Assembly (NCBI GenBank): GCA_965199855.1
Contig: OZ241326.1
Coordinates: 2,112,001 to 2,176,000, forward strand
Origin: a bacterium
GTDB taxonomy: Bacteria; UBA8248
Length of the DNA stretch: 64,000 nucleotides
Direction of reading: 5' to 3'
Position 1 is the first letter of the stretch, and each line of letters starts with the position of its first letter. Of this stretch, positions 44,007 through 57,221 are shown piece by piece. The translations under genes and the position numbers were made by a program. Under the pieces are notes generated by a model. It was not told the origin of the DNA. It saw only the letters and a program-made list of their open reading frames with translations, and made no database searches.

Positions 44007-44663
44007 ATGAGAAGCGAGCGCTCCTCCCGCAGGCCCATCGTCGCGAAAGAGGGCTGGGGCTACGTTTCGGGCCTCCTGGCCGCCGGCCTCCTCTCCCTCT
44101 TTTTCGGGGGGTGGGCGTGGGCGATTCTCTTTTTCGCCCTGGCCGCGGCCGTGGCCGGCTTCTTCAGGGACCCCTATCGATCCCCGCCCGGGGAGCCGGG
44201 CGCCGTCCTCGCCCCGGCGGACGGCCGGGTCGTGGAGGCCGCCTCCACGGAGGATGCGGGAGGGGTGGTCCGCATTTTCCTCTCTCCCCTCGACGTTCAC
44301 ATCAACCGCTCGCCCGTGGACGGCCGAATCGCCGGCGTCCGGCATCGAAAAGGCCGGTTTCTGGCCGCCTACAAGGCGGACGCCTCCGAGGTCAACGAGC
44401 AGAACGCCCTGGAGATCGAAACGGAGGCGGGCGAGCGCTTCCGGGTCGTGCAAATCGCCGGCGTCCTCGCCCGGCGGATCGTCTGCTGGTCGAAGGAGGG
44501 CGACTCCCTGCGCGCGGGCGAGCGCTTCGGGCTGATCCAGTTCGGCTCGCGCACCGATCTATATTTCCCCCGGGGATATGATATAACCGCAGAGCCTGGG
44601 CAGCGGGTTCGCGGAGGAGAAACCATCGTTGGACGAGCGAGAAGCCGGAAAGCCGCGCAATAA
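44007..44663 (+). CDS. psd: Phosphatidylserine decarboxylase
   Basis: FFRDP.R, APADG, IFLSPLDVHINRSP, QIAG.LARRI, FGSR cleavage motif. Confidence 0.93.
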   Translation: MRSERSSRRPIVAKEGWGYVSGLLAAGLLSLFFGGWAWAILFFALAAAVAGFFRDPYRSPPGEPGAVLAPADGRVVEAASTEDAGGVVRIFLSPLDVHINRSPVDGRIAGVRHRKGRFLAAYKADASEVNEQNALEIETEAGERFRVVQIAGVLARRIVCWSKEGDSLRAGERFGLIQFGSRTDLYFPRGYDITAEPGQRVRGGETIVGRARSRKAAQ

Positions 44664-45465
44664 ATTCGGCCGCCGCCCGCGCCGGAGGAGCCGCCGCTCC
44701 CGAAGGCGCTCCCTCCAGCGGGGAATCTACCTGGTTCCCAACCTGCTGACGACGGGGAGCCTCTTCGCCGGCTTCTACGCGATTGTCGCCTCGATCCAGG
44801 GAGACTTCACCTGGGCCTCCCTCGCCATCCTGCTCGCCATCGTTCTGGACGGCCTTGACGGCACCGTCGCCCGACTGACGAAGAGCACGAGCTCCTTCGG
44901 CCTTCAATACGACTCGCTGTGCGACCTGACGGCCTTCGGCATCGCGCCCGCCGTGCTGATATACGCCTGGGCGCTCGCCCCTTACGGAAGAATCGGCTGG
45001 CTCGCCGCGTTCATATTCGCCGCCTGCGGCGCCCTGCGGCTCGCGCGCTTCAACGTTCTGGCCCAGGCGGGCGGCGGCTCTCTCGATTTCAGAGGGCTGC
45101 CGATACCGGCGGCGGCCGGCGTTCTGGCCTCCATCGTCTATCTGGCCGAGGATTTCTCCGCCAAGCCCTACGTCCCGCTCATCCTGATTGCGGCGCTCGG
45201 CTATCTCCTCGCCTTCCTGATGGTGAGCACCATTCGCTACAAGAGCTTCAAGGATTTGAGCGGCCCCCTCAAAAGACCGTTCCGCGTTCTCGTGGGCGCC
45301 GTGCTCGCCCTGTTCGTCGCGGCGGCGATTCCCCAGGTGGTCGCCTGCCTCGCGTTCGCCGGCTACGCCGCGTCCGGCCCCTTCTGGATGCTGTCGAGAT
45401 GGCGAAAGGCGAAGCGCGAACCCGCGCCCGGAAACCTCGAAGAACGCCAGCCGGAATCCCCGTAG
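44629..45465 (+). CDS. pssA: CDP-diacylglycerol-serine O-phosphatidyltransferase
   Basis: PNLLT, DGLDG.VAR..S.FG.QYDSLCD, RLARFN, GLP.PAAA. Confidence 0.93.
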   Translation: MDEREAGKPRNKFGRRPRRRSRRSRRRSLQRGIYLVPNLLTTGSLFAGFYAIVASIQGDFTWASLAILLAIVLDGLDGTVARLTKSTSSFGLQYDSLCDLTAFGIAPAVLIYAWALAPYGRIGWLAAFIFAACGALRLARFNVLAQAGGGSLDFRGLPIPAAAGVLASIVYLAEDFSAKPYVPLILIAALGYLLAFLMVSTIRYKSFKDLSGPLKRPFRVLVGAVLALFVAAAIPQVVACLAFAGYAASGPFWMLSRWRKAKREPAPGNLEERQPESP

Positions 45466-45576
45466 CCTCTCTCCCTGATTGCGCTCGCGCGCGATACCCT
45501 CCATAATCCGCCTGATCGAAAGCCATCGCCCGAAGCCCGGCTCATCTCAAACCCGAGAGACCTTCCGCGCGCCGAG

Positions 45577-47910
45577 ATGAAGAGAGTTTTCGTGCCGAAC
45601 ACCCCGAAATCCGCCTTTCCGAAGCCCCGGGCGGGCTGCGCGCGGCTCCTCGCTTTCCTTCTCGCCCTTTTGTGGCAGCCGCCCGGCCCCGAGGCGCAAT
45701 TCGCCCCCCGGCCGCAAATCCGCCCCCCTTCCGCCTCCCCTCAAGAAAGCCGGGAGGGCCTCGAATTCCTGAGAAATCCCGACGCCGCCATCGCCATCAC
45801 GGCCGATGAACTGCGCGAAGATCGGGGGCGGCAGCGGATTGTCGGCCGCGGATTCGCGGAAATCCGCTACCTAGGCAGCGGCATTCAGGCGGACCACATC
45901 GAAGTGCAGACCGCGACGCGAGACGGCGTCGCCCACGGAAACATCGTCTTTCAAACCGGAAGCGATCGCATCGTCGCCGACCGCGCCGAGTTCAACCTCG
46001 ACACCGAGCGGATGGTCGTCTTCAACGCGCGCGGCTTCATCGGGGCGACCTACTACGTGACGGGCCGGGTGATTCGGCGCCTCTCGGAGGATCGATACGA
46101 AATCCAGGGGGGCGCCTTCACCACGTGCGAGGGCGACCTTCCCGACTGGGCCTTCGGCTTCGAGCGGGCGACCTTCCAGGTGGAGGGCTACGCCCGGCTC
46201 CAGGCTCCCGCCGTGAAGATCAAGGGCGCGACCGCGGCGCTTCTCCCCTGGGCCATGCTTCCCGTAAAGACGAAGCGAGCCACCGGCTTTCTCCTGCCGG
46301 GGATCGGCTCGGGCGGCGAGAGCGGCGTTCAGTTCTCCCCCTCGTTTTTCTGGGCCATCAACGAGTGGTCGGACGCCACCGCCGGGTTCGACTACTACAG
46401 CAGGCGCGGCACTCGCTACAAGGGAGAATACCGCTACGAGCTGAGCCGGGACTCGTCGGGCGAGATAGCGGGCCGCTACCTGAAGGACAGGCGCGAGCGG
46501 GGGGCTTTCTGGGACGTCCGGGGCTCTCACCGGACGCGCTTCAGGGAGGCCGACGCCGATTTCCACGCCGCGCTCGACCTGGAGAAGCGCGCGACCAGCG
46601 ACCGAACCCTCGAAAGCGACCTCCTCGCCCGCACGCGCCAGGACACGGACACCCGCGTCACCTTCACGCGGAATTTTCCCCGCGTCGCCGGGCGGCTTCA
46701 GGCGGGAATGCGGCGGCGGGAGGGATTGAACGAAAACGAGGGGCAGCTGTTTCAGAAGGCGCCGGAAATCACCCTCGACATCCAGAACAAGCGCCTGGGG
46801 ACGAGCGACTTCTACTTCAGCATGGATTCCTCCGCCGTCAACTTCACGAAAACCGAGGACGAGAACACGCTTCGCCTGAGCCGGCTTCACGTCGAGCCGT
46901 CTCTCTCGCTTCGCCTGGAGACGGTTCCCTGGCTGGGCGTAACGCCCGAGATCGGCTTCAGGGAAACCTATTGGACGCATCAGAAGAAAGACGCGGGCGT
47001 CGGCGCGAACCCGAACTCCGCGCAACGGGTGGAATCCGGGCTCTCGCGTGAAATGTGGTTCGCCAGAATTCACGCGGTCGGCCCTCGGTTCAGCAGAATC
47101 TACGGCGCCGAGGTCGGCCCCTTCCGGGACTTCAAGCACGTCGCGTCGCTCGAGACGACCTACAGATACAGCCCGGCCCACGACGCGCGCGACAGGCGCC
47201 TCATCATTCCCCTGGACGCGGTGGACGCCCTTCAGGATGAAAACGTGATCGAATACGCCCTCGTGAACCGCGTGCTGACGAAGCTGGTCAAAGAGGAGGG
47301 CGAGGAGACGCGGCAGCTGCTCCGCTACCGCATCAGCCAGACGTTCGACCTCGCCGAGGAGCGAAGAAGGCAGGAACTGGACGCGCGGCCCCGGCGCCCC
47401 TTCAGCGACATCGCCTTCAGCCTGGAGGCGCGGCCCCTGCCCGGGGTGCGCCTGCTGCAGCAAACAAAATACGGCCCATACGACTCGAAAATCAACGAGC
47501 ACTCCACGGGCTTTCTTCTCGACGGCGGCAAAAACTGGTATCTCAACATCGACCGGACCTGGACGCGCCGGAGAAGTCGTTTTCCCGAAAGCGCGGGAAG
47601 CAGCTTCTTCAATTTCGCAGGCGGGTTCTCCATCAGCCAGAGGCTTTTCATCGAATACATCACGCGCCTGAACAAGACCGAGGACGCCACGCTCGAGCAG
47701 AGCGTCATCGCCCGCTACCGCGCCTGCTGCTGGGGGCTGGAGCTCACCGTCACGGACACGCGGGACAAGAGCGAGATTTTCCTCGGCTTCAGCCTCATCG
47801 GCCTGCTCGAGGGAGAAAGGGCCCCGAGGTTCAGCAGCAGGCGAAACCCGTCGCGGGAAGGCAGATTTTTCGGCAGCGGCTCCCTCGCGCCCCTGCCTTT
47901 TGAAAATTGA
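45577..47910 (+). CDS. lptD: LPS-assembly outer-membrane protein LptD
   Basis: N-terminal jellyroll-like region, FTTC...PDW, R.TGFLLP, beta-barrel with CCWG near the C-terminus. Confidence 0.85.
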   Translation: MKRVFVPNTPKSAFPKPRAGCARLLAFLLALLWQPPGPEAQFAPRPQIRPPSASPQESREGLEFLRNPDAAIAITADELREDRGRQRIVGRGFAEIRYLGSGIQADHIEVQTATRDGVAHGNIVFQTGSDRIVADRAEFNLDTERMVVFNARGFIGATYYVTGRVIRRLSEDRYEIQGGAFTTCEGDLPDWAFGFERATFQVEGYARLQAPAVKIKGATAALLPWAMLPVKTKRATGFLLPGIGSGGESGVQFSPSFFWAINEWSDATAGFDYYSRRGTRYKGEYRYELSRDSSGEIAGRYLKDRRERGAFWDVRGSHRTRFREADADFHAALDLEKRATSDRTLESDLLARTRQDTDTRVTFTRNFPRVAGRLQAGMRRREGLNENEGQLFQKAPEITLDIQNKRLGTSDFYFSMDSSAVNFTKTEDENTLRLSRLHVEPSLSLRLETVPWLGVTPEIGFRETYWTHQKKDAGVGANPNSAQRVESGLSREMWFARIHAVGPRFSRIYGAEVGPFRDFKHVASLETTYRYSPAHDARDRRLIIPLDAVDALQDENVIEYALVNRVLTKLVKEEGEETRQLLRYRISQTFDLAEERRRQELDARPRRPFSDIAFSLEARPLPGVRLLQQTKYGPYDSKINEHSTGFLLDGGKNWYLNIDRTWTRRRSRFPESAGSSFFNFAGGFSISQRLFIEYITRLNKTEDATLEQSVIARYRACCWGLELTVTDTRDKSEIFLGFSLIGLLEGERAPRFSSRRNPSREGRFFGSGSLAPLPFEN

Positions 47911-47944
47911 GATGCGCCCCGCTTCAGAGGGACGAGGCGACAAA

Positions 47945-49276
47945 GTGAACGTTTGCGTGATTGGCTGCGGATACGTCGGGCTGGTGACGGGGGCCGTGTT
48001 CGCGGATCTGGGCAACGAGGTCGTCGGCGCGGATATGGATCAAGGCCGCGTGGACGCCCTGAACGCGGGCGTCTGCCCCATTCATGAGCCCGAACTGCCC
48101 GAGCTGCTGGCGCGCAACCTCAAGGAGGGCAGGCTGAGGTTCACCGCCTCCACGGCCCAGGCCGTCTCAGAGAGCGAGGTCGTTTTCATCTGCGTGGGCA
48201 CGCCGCCCGCCGAAGACGGCGGAACCGACCTCTCCCAGGTGGAGGCGGCGGCGAGGGAGATCGCCCGCGCGGTGAACGGCTACAAGGTCATCGTCAACAA
48301 AAGCACCGCGCCCGTCGGCACGGGAGACTTCATCCGAAGCGCGCTCGAAGAAAGCGGCGTCGCGCCGGAGAATTTCGACGTGGTTTGCAATCCCGAATTC
48401 CTGCGCGAGGGCCAGGCGGTGCGGGACGCGCTCGAGCCGGACCGCGTCGTCATCGGCGCATCCGCGGAGAAGGCGGCGAAAACCGTGGAGCGCCTCTATC
48501 GGGCGCTGAACGCCCCGGTTCTGATCACGGACGTCCAAAGCGCGGAATTGATCAAATACGCCTCGAACGCCTTTCTGGCGACGAAAATCACGCTCATCAA
48601 CGCGGTGGCGAACCTGTGCGAAAAGACGCGAGCCGACATCCGGGAGGTCGCCAGGGGGGTGGGCGCGGACTCGCGGATCGGCCCCGCCTTCCTGCGAGCA
48701 GGGCTGGGCTACGGCGGCTCCTGCTTTCCAAAAGACGTGGACGCCCTGCTGCACGCCTCCAGGCGGATCGGCGCCGAGATGAAGATTCTCGAATCCGTGA
48801 GGGCGGAAAACGACAGCCGGGCGCCCCGGTTCGCGCGAAGAATCATCGAGAGGCTCGGCGGAAAAAGCGAGCCGCCGCTTGCGGGGAAGACCATCGGGGT
48901 TCTGGGACTCTCGTTCAAGCCGGATACCGACGACATGCGGGAGGCCAGGAGCGTCGAGATTTGCCGCGTCCTTCGGGAGGCGGGCGCGAGCCTGCGGGCG
49001 CACGATCCCGTCGCCACGGAAAACGCCCGGCGAATCATCGGCAGCGAGGGCGTCGAATACTGCCAAAACCCCTATGACGCCGCGAAAGGCGCGAGCGGAG
49101 TCGTCATCGTCACCGAGTGGCGCGAATTCATCCAGTTGAACCTGCATCGCCTGAAAGAACGAATGGCCGAGCCGATCATCTTCGACGGGCGAAACATTTA
49201 TTCCCCGGAACAGGCGACGAGCGCCGGCATCGAGTATCACGGCGTCGGAAAAGCGCCGGCGAAGCCCTCGAAATGA
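47945..49276 (+). CDS. ugd: UDP-glucose 6-dehydrogenase
   Basis: [49 protein letters not shown]. Confidence 0.93.
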   Translation: MNVCVIGCGYVGLVTGAVFADLGNEVVGADMDQGRVDALNAGVCPIHEPELPELLARNLKEGRLRFTASTAQAVSESEVVFICVGTPPAEDGGTDLSQVEAAAREIARAVNGYKVIVNKSTAPVGTGDFIRSALEESGVAPENFDVVCNPEFLREGQAVRDALEPDRVVIGASAEKAAKTVERLYRALNAPVLITDVQSAELIKYASNAFLATKITLINAVANLCEKTRADIREVARGVGADSRIGPAFLRAGLGYGGSCFPKDVDALLHASRRIGAEMKILESVRAENDSRAPRFARRIIERLGGKSEPPLAGKTIGVLGLSFKPDTDDMREARSVEICRVLREAGASLRAHDPVATENARRIIGSEGVEYCQNPYDAAKGASGVVIVTEWREFIQLNLHRLKERMAEPIIFDGRNIYSPEQATSAGIEYHGVGKAPAKPSK

Positions 49277-50223
49277 AAAATTCCCGCGTCGTGGTTACGG
49301 GCGGAGCGGGCTTCCTGGGCTCCCACCTGTGCGACCGCCTCCTCTCCCTGGGCGCCGCCGTCGTCTGCGTGGACAATTTTCTCACGGGACGCCGGCCGAA
49401 CGTCGGGCGCCTCCTCGAAAATCCCCGCTTCACGCTCATCGAACGCAACGTGAGCGAGCATATTCAGATCGAGGGGGGCGTGGACGCCGTGTTCCACCTG
49501 GCGAGTCCGGCCAGCCCGAACGACTATCTGAAGTTCCCCATCCAGACGCTGAAGGTCGGCTCCCTCGGTACGCACAACGCCCTGGGGCTGGCGAAGGAGA
49601 AAAAAGCGCGCTTTCTTCTCGCCTCCACCTCGGAGGTCTATGGCGATCCGCAAGTCCACCCGCAGCGCGAGGAATACTGGGGCCACGTCAACCCCGTCGG
49701 CCCGCGCGGGGCGTATGACGAGGCCAAGAGATTCTCGGAGGCGATGACCATGGCCTACCACCGGGCGCACCGCCTCGACACGCGCATCGCCCGCATTTTC
49801 AACACCTACGGCCCGAGAATGCGAATCGCGGACGGACGCGCGATACCCGCCTTCATCTCGCAGGCGCTCAGGAACGAACCCATCACCGTCTTCGGCGGCG
49901 GGCGGCAGACGAGAAGCTTCTGCTTCATCGCCGACCTCATCGACGGCTTCATCAGGCTGATGGAGAGCGGCGTTCACGAACCCGTCAACCTGGGGAATCC
50001 CGCCGAGATGACGATTCTCGACCTGGCGAGGAAGATCGCCGCGCTCTCGGGCGCGGATTCAGAAATTCGCCACGAGCCGCTACCCACGGACGACCCGAAA
50101 GTCCGGCGGCCCGACATTCAGCGAGCGAAAAAGCATCTGGGCTGGGAGCCGAAGGTTTCGCTGGAGGCGGGGCTTGCGGTCACGATAGAAGACTTCAGGG
50201 AGCGTCTGGGCGAGGCGCCCTGA
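49273..50223 (+). CDS. UDP-glucuronate decarboxylase (UDP-xylose synthase, SDR family)
   Basis: [44 protein letters not shown]. Confidence 0.92.
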   Translation: MKNSRVVVTGGAGFLGSHLCDRLLSLGAAVVCVDNFLTGRRPNVGRLLENPRFTLIERNVSEHIQIEGGVDAVFHLASPASPNDYLKFPIQTLKVGSLGTHNALGLAKEKKARFLLASTSEVYGDPQVHPQREEYWGHVNPVGPRGAYDEAKRFSEAMTMAYHRAHRLDTRIARIFNTYGPRMRIADGRAIPAFISQALRNEPITVFGGGRQTRSFCFIADLIDGFIRLMESGVHEPVNLGNPAEMTILDLARKIAALSGADSEIRHEPLPTDDPKVRRPDIQRAKKHLGWEPKVSLEAGLAVTIEDFRERLGEAP

Positions 50224-50384
50224 CTCCCCTCCCACGCGGGCCTCGACCCGGCGGGAGGGCGCGTCGCTTCTCCGCTTGGGCGAGGCGCCTTGAAATCCCG
50301 CGCATGGATCGGCTAGATTGAGACGCGCTGAGCAATTTCACCCTCGTCCGCCCTCCGCCCCGCCCGCTCGCGCAGAGGCATCCT

Positions 50385-50969
50385 TTGAAGCCCTCGGCGA
50401 AGGAATTTCTGGAAGGGCGCGCCGCGCGCTATGAATCGGTCGCCGCGAGCGCGTATCCCCGCCAGGTGGACGACATCTGCGGCGTCATCCTCGAACGCCT
50501 GGAATCGAAGAAGAAAATCATCGCTTTCGGCAACGGGGGAAGCGCCGCGCTCGCCATGCACTTCACGGGCGAACTCGTGGGCCGCTTTCTGGCCGAGCGC
50601 GCCCCCCTGCCCGCCCTCTGCCTCGTCGGCGACGCGAGCGCCCTCACCGCCATCGGGAACGACTACGCGCATGAGGAGATATTCGCACGGCAAATCCAGG
50701 CGCACGGCCGGGAGGGAGACATCGCCCTGGGCCTGAGCGCGAGCGGGGCTTCCGTCAACGTCGTCTCCGCTCTCGAACGGGCGGGCGCGCTGGGGCTGAC
50801 GGGCGTCGCCATGACGGGAAGCGGCGGCGGCGCGGCCTCCCGCGCCGCGCGGCTCGCGGCGCGCGTCCCCTCGGACGAGACCGATTTCATCCAGGAAGCC
50901 CACGAAGCCGCCCTTCACTACATCTGCCGCCGCATCGACGGCGCCTTCACCGGGAGCGCAAGGGGATGA
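50385..50969 (+). CDS. gmhA: SIS-domain phosphoheptose isomerase GmhA/DiaA-like
   Basis: FGNGGSAA, ELVGRF, TAIGNDY, IQEAH. Confidence 0.75.
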   Translation: MKPSAKEFLEGRAARYESVAASAYPRQVDDICGVILERLESKKKIIAFGNGGSAALAMHFTGELVGRFLAERAPLPALCLVGDASALTAIGNDYAHEEIFARQIQAHGREGDIALGLSASGASVNVVSALERAGALGLTGVAMTGSGGGAASRAARLAARVPSDETDFIQEAHEAALHYICRRIDGAFTGSARG

Positions 50970-51045
50970 GCGCGCTCCTCCCGAATCCGGGCGGCGGAAA
51001 CCGCCCCGAGCGGATGAGCCGGAAGCCGGCGGCGGAGCGCTAGAC

Positions 51046-51840
51046 GTGGAAATCGGAATTCTGGGCAGCGGAAGCCGGGGGAACGCCGCGCTGGTGCGCT
51101 CGAAGGACGCCGCGTTCCTCGTGGACGCGGGGCTGAGCGCGCGCCAGATCACGAAGCGCCTCGAGGCCTACGGCCTCCGCCCGCAGGATTTGATGGCCAT
51201 CGTGCTCACGCACGAGCACATCGATCACGTCCGAAGCGCGGGCACCCTGGCGAGAAGATGGAACCTGCCCCTGTGGACGAACAAGGGCACCTACCGGGCG
51301 AGCCTGGAGACGATAGGCGACACGCCCGCGTGGACGGAAATCGAGGTGGGCCTCCCCTTTCACATCGGCGGCGTGCGGGTCGAGCCCTTCAGCACGCCCC
51401 ACGACGCGGCCGATCCGTTCGGGATCATACTGAACGGCGAGGACGGGCGCCGCGTCGGGTTCGCCACCGACATGGGATTCGTCACGAACCTGGCGCGCCA
51501 GCGGCTCCTGGGGCTTCAGGGATTCGTCCTGGAGTTCAACCACGACGTGGAAATGCTCATCAACGGCCCCTACCCCTGGCCGATCAAGCAGAGAATCCGG
51601 GGCAAGCTCGGACACCTGAGCAACGAGGACGCGGCGGGGCTGCTGCGGCACGTCGCCACGGCCGACTTCGAGTGGCTCGTCTGCGCGCACATCTCGCAGG
51701 AGAACAACGAAAGCGGGCTTCTTCTGGAGACGGCCCGAAAAGCGCTGAACGGCCACGGCGGAGGAAGCCTCCTGAGCGCGGGCCAGGACGAACCCACCCC
51801 CCTCGTCGGCGCCGGAGGCGCCATGGAGGACGCTCCTTGA
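51046..51840 (+). CDS. MBL-fold metallo-hydrolase (YycJ/WalJ-like)
   Basis: LGSGSRGN, THEHIDH, PHDAADP, EFNHD, GHLSN, AHISQENN. Confidence 0.88.
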   Translation: MEIGILGSGSRGNAALVRSKDAAFLVDAGLSARQITKRLEAYGLRPQDLMAIVLTHEHIDHVRSAGTLARRWNLPLWTNKGTYRASLETIGDTPAWTEIEVGLPFHIGGVRVEPFSTPHDAADPFGIILNGEDGRRVGFATDMGFVTNLARQRLLGLQGFVLEFNHDVEMLINGPYPWPIKQRIRGKLGHLSNEDAAGLLRHVATADFEWLVCAHISQENNESGLLLETARKALNGHGGGSLLSAGQDEPTPLVGAGGAMEDAP

Positions 51841-53144
51841 TTCCGCGATACGCGCGCCCCGGGATGGCGAAAATCTGGGAAGAGCGGGAAAAACTCGGGC
51901 GAATGCTCGACGTGGAGCTCGCCGTCTGCGAGGAGATGGCGGCGCGGGGCGAGATTCCGCAGGAGGCGCTCGCGGAGATCAGGGCGAAGGCGGCGTTCGA
52001 CCCCGAGCGCATCAGGGAGATCGAGCGCGTCACCAGGCACGACGTCATCGCGTTCCTCACCAGCGTGGCCGAGAGCGTCGGGCCGGCCTCGCGCTACATT
52101 CACCTCGGCATGACGAGCAGCGACGTGCTCGACACCGGCCTCGCGCTTCAGCTCGTCTCGGCGGCCGACGTCATTCTCGAGGACATCGAGAAGCTCGGGC
52201 GAACCCTCAAGAGGCGCGCCATCGAGCACAAGCGCACCCTCATGGCGGGCAGAACCCACGGGATGCACGCCGAGCCCACCACCCTGGGCCTCAAGATAGC
52301 CGCGTGGTACACGGAGTTCGAACGCGCGGGCGAGCGGATGCGAAGGGCGCGGGAGGCCGTTCGCGTCGGCCAGATATCAGGGGCCGTGGGCGCGTGTCCC
52401 CACATCCCGCCCGACGCCGAGGAGGCCGTCTGCAGGCGTCTGGGGCTCGAGGCGGACCGCGCGAGCAGCCAGATCATCCAGCGCGACCGCCACGCGGAGT
52501 ATCACCTCGCCCTCGCGCTCACGGCGGCGAGCGTCTCGCGCGTGGCGACCGAAGTCCGCCACCTGCAAAGAAACGAGGTGGGCGAGGCCGAGGAGTTCTT
52601 CCACAAGGGGCAGAAGGGCAGCTCCGCCATGCCCCACAAGAGAAACCCCGTCGTCTCCGAGCAGCTCTGCGGCCTCGCCCGCGTGGTGCAGGGAAACGCC
52701 GCGGCCGCCCTCCAGAACGTCCCCCTCTGGCACGAGCGCGACATTTCGCACTCCTCCGTGGAGCGCGTCATCCTGCCGGACAGCACGATTCTGGTCGATT
52801 ACATGCTCGCCAAACTCGACGATCTGATAAGCAACTGGATGATCTACCCCGAGAGGATGCGCGAGAACCTCGCGCGCTCGAAGGGTCTCCTGCTCAGCGA
52901 GCACGTGATGCTCGCCCTCATCCGCAAGGCGGGCGTCACGCGCGAGGAAGCCTACGCCCGCGTTCAGGCCCCCGCCATGGCGACATGGGCCGAAGGCGGC
53001 GACTTTCAGACCAGACTGGCGGCGGACCCCGATGTGGGCGGCGTCCTGGGCGAAGCGGAACTCGCGCGATGCTTCGACGTGGAGGCGCATCTGAAGAATC
53101 TGGACGCGATTTTCGAGCGCGTCTTCGGCCCCGGCGGGGAGTGA
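51837..53144 (+). CDS. purB: Adenylosuccinate lyase
   Basis: IPRY, TRHDV, GMTSSDVLDT, GRTHG.HAEP, GSSAMPHKRNP, WHERDISHSS. Confidence 0.96.
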   Translation: MIPRYARPGMAKIWEEREKLGRMLDVELAVCEEMAARGEIPQEALAEIRAKAAFDPERIREIERVTRHDVIAFLTSVAESVGPASRYIHLGMTSSDVLDTGLALQLVSAADVILEDIEKLGRTLKRRAIEHKRTLMAGRTHGMHAEPTTLGLKIAAWYTEFERAGERMRRAREAVRVGQISGAVGACPHIPPDAEEAVCRRLGLEADRASSQIIQRDRHAEYHLALALTAASVSRVATEVRHLQRNEVGEAEEFFHKGQKGSSAMPHKRNPVVSEQLCGLARVVQGNAAAALQNVPLWHERDISHSSVERVILPDSTILVDYMLAKLDDLISNWMIYPERMRENLARSKGLLLSEHVMLALIRKAGVTREEAYARVQAPAMATWAEGGDFQTRLAADPDVGGVLGEAELARCFDVEAHLKNLDAIFERVFGPGGE

Positions 53145-53290
53145 AGCGCGCGGGCGAGGTGACAAAGGCGGGCGCGTGTATGCTAGGATAAGCGGCACTC
53201 GGGAACGGCCATTTTCTTAACGCTCAAATGCTGGAGTCACCCCTCGGGGGAAAGCCCTGAATCCGGCGATCCTCGAATGGAGAATTGTTC

Positions 53291-54004
53291 ATGGAGCGCG
53301 GCAGACAGGTTTATGAGGGCAAGGCCAAGATCATCTACGAGACGAGCGACCCGGACCGCTGCATTCAGTTCTTCAAGGACGACGCCTCGGCCTTCAACGC
53401 GAAGAAGCTGGGCACCATCGAATCCAAGGGCGTCTTCAACAACTCCATCTCCTCCCGCCTGCTCCAGGAGGTGGAGCGGCGGGGGGTGCCCACGCACTTC
53501 GTCAAAAAACTCTCCGAGCGCGAGATGCTGGTGAAGAGGCTCGACGTCATTCCCGTCGAGGTGGTGCTGAGAAACGTCATCGCGGGAAGTTTGGCGAAGA
53601 GAATGGGCGTCGAGGAAGGCGCGCGCCTGCCCGGCGCGATTGTCGATCTGCATCTGAAAAACGACGCGCTGGACGACCCGCTCATCAACGAGGACACCGC
53701 CGCGGCCTTCAATCTCGCAACCCGCGAAGAGCTCGCCCGGATGCGCGAATACGCCCTTCGGGTGAACGACATCCTCACCGCGTTCTTCTCCGAGCGCAAC
53801 ATCGACCTCGTGGACTTCAAGCTCGAGTTCGGACGCTGCGCGGCCGAGGGCGGCAGGCTGCTGCTCGGCGACGAAATCACGCCGGACGGCTGCCGCCTCT
53901 GGGAGAAGGGAACCGGCAGAAAGCTGGACAAGGATCGCTTTCGCCGGGACATGGGCGACGTGGAAGACGCATACGCCGAAGTCGAAAAACTCGTCAAAAG
54001 CTGA
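53291..54004 (+). CDS. purC: SAICAR synthetase
   Basis: [41 protein letters not shown]. Confidence 0.96.
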   Translation: MERGRQVYEGKAKIIYETSDPDRCIQFFKDDASAFNAKKLGTIESKGVFNNSISSRLLQEVERRGVPTHFVKKLSEREMLVKRLDVIPVEVVLRNVIAGSLAKRMGVEEGARLPGAIVDLHLKNDALDDPLINEDTAAAFNLATREELARMREYALRVNDILTAFFSERNIDLVDFKLEFGRCAAEGGRLLLGDEITPDGCRLWEKGTGRKLDKDRFRRDMGDVEDAYAEVEKLVKS

Positions 54005-54025
54005 CCCCTCCGCCCAGAGGCCGCG

Positions 54026-54289
54026 ATGGCGAAAGCCAGGGTCTATGTGACATTCAAGGCCGGCGTGCTCGACCCCCAGGGGGAAGCCGTTCGGGGCGCG
54101 CTCTCCTCTCTCGGCTTCGAGGGCGTGAGCGGCGTGCGCGTGGGGAAATTCATCGAAATCGAGCTGGAAGACTCCGGCGACGTCCGCGCCGACCTCGACC
54201 GAATGTGCCGGGAGCTCCTCGCCAACCCCGTCATCGAGGACTACCGCATCGAACTCGCGGAGGAGTCCGCGAACGGCGAGGGCGGGTGA
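54026..54289 (+). CDS. purS: FGAM synthase subunit PurS
   Basis: [21 protein letters not shown]. Confidence 0.95.
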   Translation: MAKARVYVTFKAGVLDPQGEAVRGALSSLGFEGVSGVRVGKFIEIELEDSGDVRADLDRMCRELLANPVIEDYRIELAEESANGEGG

Positions 54290-54980
54290 TGCGCTTCGCC
54301 GTCGTGGTCTTTCCGGGCTCCAACTGCGATCACGACTGCTACCGCGCCGTCAAGGACATCCTTGAGGAGCCGGTTCGCTTCGTCTGGCACAAGGAATCCT
54401 CCCTGGGGGACGCGGAGGCGGTGATACTCCCCGGCGGGTTCAGCTACGGGGATTATCTGAGGGCCGGCGCCATCTCGCGCTTCTCTCCCATTATGAAGGC
54501 CGTCTCCGCCCACGCCCGGCGGGGGCGGCCCCTCATCGGCATCTGCAACGGCTTCCAGTGCCTGACCGAGGCGGACCTCCTGCCCGGGGCGCTGCGGCGC
54601 AACGCGTCGCTCCGCTTCATCTGCGAGGCCGTCCGGCTGAGGTGCGAAACCGCCAGAACCCTCTTCACCCGCGGCATCGAGCCGGGAGAAATCCTCGAAA
54701 TGCCCATCGCGCACGGGGAGGGAAACTACTTCTGCGACCCCGAAACGCTCGCCGGGCTCGAGGACAACGAGCAAATCGTCTTTCGCTACGCGGACGCGGA
54801 GGGCCGCGCCCGCGCGGAGGCGAACCCCAACGGATCGGTCGCAAACATCGCCGGCGTCTGCAATCGGGAGGGAAACGTGGTGGGCCTCATGCCGCACCCC
54901 GAGCGCTGCTGCGACCCCCTGCTGGGCGGAGAGGACGGGCTGCGGGTGTTCGCCTCCGCCGCGCGAACGGCGGCCGCGTC

Positions 54981-54984
<4 letters not shown>
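54289..54984 (+). CDS. purQ: FGAM synthase glutaminase subunit PurQ
   Basis: [37 protein letters not shown]. Confidence 0.96.
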
Positions 54985-57218
<2,234 letters not shown>

Positions 57219-57221
57219 AAC

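Noticed and set aside
53145-53290. Purine or ZTP riboswitch upstream of purC
   Set aside because: I could not match the conserved core sequences of the guanine, ZTP or PRPP riboswitches by eye.
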